Positions 61,018 through 64,000 of a stretch of 64,000 nucleotides of DNA are shown in pieces. The stretch is from a virus (Duplodnaviria > Caudoviricetes): IMG/VR virus record IMGVR_UViG_3300037418_003152, positions 5,271 to 69,270 of that record; one strand, written 5' to 3'. Positions within the stretch are counted from its first letter, which is position 1; each line of letters starts with the position of its first letter. The notes beneath the pieces are model-generated. The model did no database searches. It was not told the DNA's origin and saw only the letters and a list, made by a program, of their open reading frames with translations. Position numbers and translations under genes: made by a program.

Positions 61018-61175
61018 CGGAGGGCTCCAGGGGTTCGGGAGTTGTTGATCTTGAAAGTACGTGTAGGGGAATAGAGATGGGGGGCCCCGAGACCGCCGCG
61101 CGGGTGATTACGGCGATCTTGGTCGGCGGCTCCGCAGCGGAGCCGGCGGCTGTGCGTCTGCGCACAGTGGGCCGG

Positions 61176-61256
61176 CTACGCAGGGGAGCCGGCGGGCGGG
61201 CTGCCGCGGGCGGCTGCGGGGGTGGGGCGCGCGGCGCGGGTGGTGGTGGGTGCCAT
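61176..61256 (-). CDS. Putative leaderless micro-ORF (26 aa)
   Basis: TACCAT-6 nt-ATG; MAPTTTRAARPTPAAARGSPPAGSPA. Confidence 0.3.
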   Translation of the reverse strand: MAPTTTRAARPTPAAARGSPPAGSPA

Positions 61257-61299
61257 AGCCCCATGGTACACCCACCACCGGTGGGTGGTCTACCCCTGT

Positions 61300-61524
61300 T
61301 TACCGCACCGTGTGCATGGCGCGGAGGGCGACCAGCGCCTTGCCTGCTGCGGCTACGCCGTCGAGGTCGCCGCCCTGGTGTGCGGTGTACATCTGGTCGA
61401 CCAGCACGTCGTGGGCCAGCTCGTAGTTGACCTGTGCGGCGCACACGCCCAGCACGTCGTGGCTGTCGAGCGTGGCGCACAGCTCGGGGGTGTCGCAGGT
61501 GGTGGGGGTGGTGTCGGTTGCCAT
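61300..61524 (-). CDS. Hypothetical protein, probably leaderless
   Basis: TAGGGT-AAAGCC-ATG. Confidence 0.6.
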   Translation of the reverse strand: MATDTTPTTCDTPELCATLDSHDVLGVCAAQVNYELAHDVLVDQMYTAHQGGDLDGVAAAGKALVALRAMHTVR

Positions 61525-61580
61525 GGCTTTACCCTACCGCAGTGGTGCGTGGTTATCTCGGGTTTATGTGTACGCCGGTG

Positions 61581-61636
61581 GTGTCACATCTTCGGGGGTG
61601 TCACATCTTCCGAACTCGTGTCGGAAGATGTGACAC
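61581..61636. repeat. Three copies of GTGTCACATCTTC (two direct, one inverted; 16-bp inverted repeat)
   Basis: 61581-61593, 61598-61610, inverted 61624-61636. Confidence 0.9.
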
Positions 61637-61651
61637 ACCGGAAGGGCCGGC

Positions 61652-61885
61652 TTACTGCCAGGGGTTGCCCGCGGCGGCCAGGCGCTCGGCGAGGCTGGGC
61701 TGCTCGTCGGGCAGGCAGTGGGGGTAGCAGGGCTCGTTGGGCTCGGCCCCGCACCCGGCGCAGTGGTTGCGGATGGGGCACAGGTCGCTGTGGCCGCTGG
61801 CGTCGTCGCCCTCGCCGGGGCCGTAGCCGCAGTAGTCGCAGGCCTCGTTGTCGGTGGGCGGGAGCTGGAAAGTGGTGGTCGACAT
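61652..61885 (-). CDS. Cys/His-rich Zn-finger-like protein
   Basis: RBS GAAAGG, ATG 61885; CDYC, H..LC, CAGC, C..HC. Confidence 0.6.
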   Translation of the reverse strand: MSTTTFQLPPTDNEACDYCGYGPGEGDDASGHSDLCPIRNHCAGCGAEPNEPCYPHCLPDEQPSLAERLAAAGNPWQ

Positions 61886-61984
61886 GGTGCGCCTTTCCGT
61901 GGGAGGGGGGGTGGCTTGCAGTACCTGTTTAGTGTCGCACCACCGGTGGCACGGTAGTCGACGCCGAACAGGTCGCACTGCGGG

Positions 61985-62383
61985 CTAGCTAGCGGGGTAG
62001 GCCTCGAACGCCCACGCCTCGGGCGGGGCGCTGCGCACGTCGCCGCAGTACTTGGCCGGGCCCATGGGGTCCTGCTCGAGCCAGCACGCCAGCGGGCCGG
62101 GGCCGCAGCCGTGGTCGCCCATGGTGTTGCAGTCCCAGCCGGGCTGGTCCTCGTAGCGCGCGGGGTGGGCGGGCGCGGCGGCGGGCGCAGCGGCGGTGGC
62201 GGCCGGGGCGGGCGCAGGGGTGGCGGGCGGGGTGGGGTCGATGGCCTGCACCAGCGCGCCGAACAGGCACATGCCCGCGAAGATCTTTGCGGCGGTGCGC
62301 AGGGGCCGGCGCTGGCGCGGCGGGGTGTGCGCCTTGCACAGCGGGCAGGCCGCGTGGCGGCGGGTGGCGGTGTGGTTGGCCAT
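61985..62383 (-). CDS. Membrane protein with a Cys-rich C-domain
   Basis: One TM; EDQPGWDCNTMGDHGCG motif. Confidence 0.65.
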   Translation of the reverse strand: MANHTATRRHAACPLCKAHTPPRQRRPLRTAAKIFAGMCLFGALVQAIDPTPPATPAPAPAATAAAPAAAPAHPARYEDQPGWDCNTMGDHGCGPGPLACWLEQDPMGPAKYCGDVRSAPPEAWAFEAYPAS

Positions 62384-62510
62384 GGTGGTCGCTCCCGAGG
62401 GTGGGGGGGTGGCTTGCTTTACCCCGTTAGCTTACCGCCGCAGGTGGGTGCAAGTCTCGGGTTTACCGGGCGCACTGTGGTGTGCGCTGGCGCACCACTG
62501 CGCAGCAAAG

Positions 62511-62540
62511 CGGCCCCCCGCCCAGGTAGGCAGGGGGCCG
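62511..62540 (-). terminator. GC-rich hairpin after ORF 62554-63315
   Basis: CGGCCCCC...GGGGGCCG followed by CTTTG on the minus strand. Confidence 0.5.
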
Positions 62541-62553
62541 GCTTCGGCTTGAC

Positions 62554-63315
62554 TCACTCGCCGGCAGGCTCGCCTTCGACGGCCGGGGCGTCGAGCTCGG
62601 CCACCGCCACGTCGGCGGCGTGCAGCACCGCGCTGGCCGTGGTGGCCTCCGCCCGCAGCGCGGCGACCTTGGCGGCCAGCTCGCGCAGCCGCGCGTCCGC
62701 CGCGTCGAAGGCCTCGTTGGCCTTCTTGGCCACGCTGGCCGCCCGGCGCTGCGCAGCGCGCGCGTCGCGCAGCTCGGTCGACGGGGTGGCCTCCCGGCGG
62801 GCCTGGGCGGCCTGGGCGCGCGCGGCGACCCGCTCGTTCTTTTCGTTCCACCACTGGACGCCCGCCTCGATCTTGACGACGTCGCGGTTGTTGATCGTTT
62901 CGAGCGGGAACGGGTGGTCGGCGGGCGCGTTCTTGATGTAGCTGTACATCGCCTGCGAGCGCAGCTGTCCGACGCCGCCGTTGTACAAGCCACGCTCGTT
63001 GATGATGTTGGTCAGGCCGACCGGGGTGACGTAGCCCTCGGGCAGCGCGGGCCGCTTCGACGCGGTGGCCGGGGTGGCGGGCGCCGGGGCGACCTCGCGG
63101 GCGGTGATCTTGTCGACCGCGGCCTTGGTGAACTTCTCCTCGCCGTTGCGCTCGTAGCGCACCCGGGCCTTGCCCGCGTCCTCGCCGTCCAGCAGCTCGG
63201 TGAACCAGCCGTCGATGGTGCGGCCGCCCGGGAGGGCGACGGTAACCGGCTGGTCGGGGCCGAACTCGGTGGCGTCGGTGGTGGTGGGGGCCTCGGTGGT
63301 GGCGGTGGCGGTCAT
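62554..63315 (-). CDS. Early protein with a putative HTH and coiled coil
   Basis: ATG 63315 after GGGAG; LPEGYVTPVGL...SQAMYSYIKN segment; C-terminal coiled coil. Confidence 0.65.
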   Translation of the reverse strand: MTATATTEAPTTTDATEFGPDQPVTVALPGGRTIDGWFTELLDGEDAGKARVRYERNGEEKFTKAAVDKITAREVAPAPATPATASKRPALPEGYVTPVGLTNIINERGLYNGGVGQLRSQAMYSYIKNAPADHPFPLETINNRDVVKIEAGVQWWNEKNERVAARAQAAQARREATPSTELRDARAAQRRAASVAKKANEAFDAADARLRELAAKVAALRAEATTASAVLHAADVAVAELDAPAVEGEPAGE

Positions 63316-63362
63316 TGTGTGCTCCCTGGGTAGTGGGGGGGGGTGGCTTGCTGACACCACTT

Positions 63363-63391
63363 AATTTACGCACCGCTGGTGGGTCCTTCAA
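63363..63391 (-). promoter_or_regulatory. SigA-like early promoter TTGAAG-N17-TAAATT
   Basis: Near-consensus hexamers with 17-nt spacer in the divergent intergenic region. Confidence 0.75.
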
Positions 63392-63495
63392 GGGTTTTGC
63401 TGTACGCACATCGGGTCATAGTCGAGCGGTGTGCGCCCGCGCACAGTGGGCGGTAAAGCGAGCACCACCACCCACCCCGGGCGTAAGCTAAAGCC

Positions 63496-63903
63496 ATGCC
63501 CACCACCCCCACCCCCCCTGCCTGCGACGACCACCGCCGCTGGGCCTGGCACCTGCTCCCCGCGGGCGAGCTCGAGCTGGGCGACCTGCTGCACCTGCAC
63601 CCCAGCACCACCGTGGTGCTCGAGCAGGGCGCCAACGACCGGCTCGACGTCGTCGAGGTGGTCGCGCTGGCGAGCTGCGTGCACGACCACACCGCCCAGG
63701 CGTGGGGCGCCAGCGGCGAGCTCGTCGCCGCCGGGCGCACCGACTGGGTCGAGGTCGAGCGGGTGTACGTCGAGCGCCCGCGCGCCACCACCCCGCAGTC
63801 CGAGCTCGACCACCTGCGCGCCATCGTGGCCCGCCTGCAGGGCGCCCACGCCGACGAGGAGATCAGCGACCGCCTATACCAGGCGATCATGACCGGCCAC
63901 TGA
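63496..63903 (+). CDS. Hypothetical protein, probably leaderless, divergent from the early operon
   Basis: TAAGCT-AAAGCC-ATG; 135 aa. Confidence 0.65.
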   Translation: MPTTPTPPACDDHRRWAWHLLPAGELELGDLLHLHPSTTVVLEQGANDRLDVVEVVALASCVHDHTAQAWGASGELVAAGRTDWVEVERVYVERPRATTPQSELDHLRAIVARLQGAHADEEISDRLYQAIMTGH

Positions 63904-63914
63904 GCCGACCCTCG

Positions 63915-63995
63915 CCTTCGGAAGCCGGCCCTTCGGAAGGCGACCCTTCGGAAGGGTCGCCTTCGGAAGGGTCGCCTTCGGAAGGCGAGCCTTCC
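63915..63995. repeat. 15-bp-period tandem repeat with a near-palindromic CCTTCGGAAG(G) core (5 copies + partial)
   Basis: Units at 63915, 63930, 63945, 63960, 63975 and partial 63990; runs to the window edge. Confidence 0.9.
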
Positions 63996-64000
63996 TCGGA

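Noticed and set aside
13305-61040. Recurrent CACCCCTGG(AG) upstream of several starts (13304, 43682, 59938, 61017)
   Set aside because: Mostly explained as an extension of the GGAG Shine-Dalgarno in C-rich leaders; not separable from chance without a statistical test.
123-63890. Numerous long Arg/Gly/Pro/Ala-rich ORFs in the track (e.g. 123-1112+, 8737-10368+, 10636-12537+, 13660-15921+, 19756-21480+, 25584-27200+, 50803-52275+)
   Set aside because: Shadow frames antisense to, or overlapping, well-supported genes; expected from stop-codon scarcity in high-GC DNA; no motifs or RBS.

Overview
The whole window is one high-GC actinobacteriophage genome segment, read almost entirely on the minus strand, with no host housekeeping genes or CRISPR array. 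Early/middle region (64-44 kb): many small hypothetical ORFs, a C5 DNA methyltransferase and WhiB, MarR and PadR regulators. It is followed by a ParB-like/dpdA/queC/queD/queE/folE 7-deazaguanine (preQ0) DNA-modification cluster, a probable small terminase, a tRNA(CAT) and a plus-strand O-acyltransferase. An Xer-like tyrosine recombinase lies near an intact 28-bp dif-like site, and a putative origin (DnaA box, AT-rich tract, 15-bp repeats) sits beside GIY-YIG/HTH genes. The structural operon is a complete contractile-tail (myovirus-type) module, ending in membrane proteins and a class F sortase coupled to a candidate substrate. Most notable: the sortase/substrate pair, the dif-like site with recombinase (suggesting a phage-plasmid or dif-integrating lifestyle), a 2H-phosphoesterase-MuF fusion, and a histone-like repeat protein in the head module. 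All calls come from motif recognition by eye; no database searches were run.
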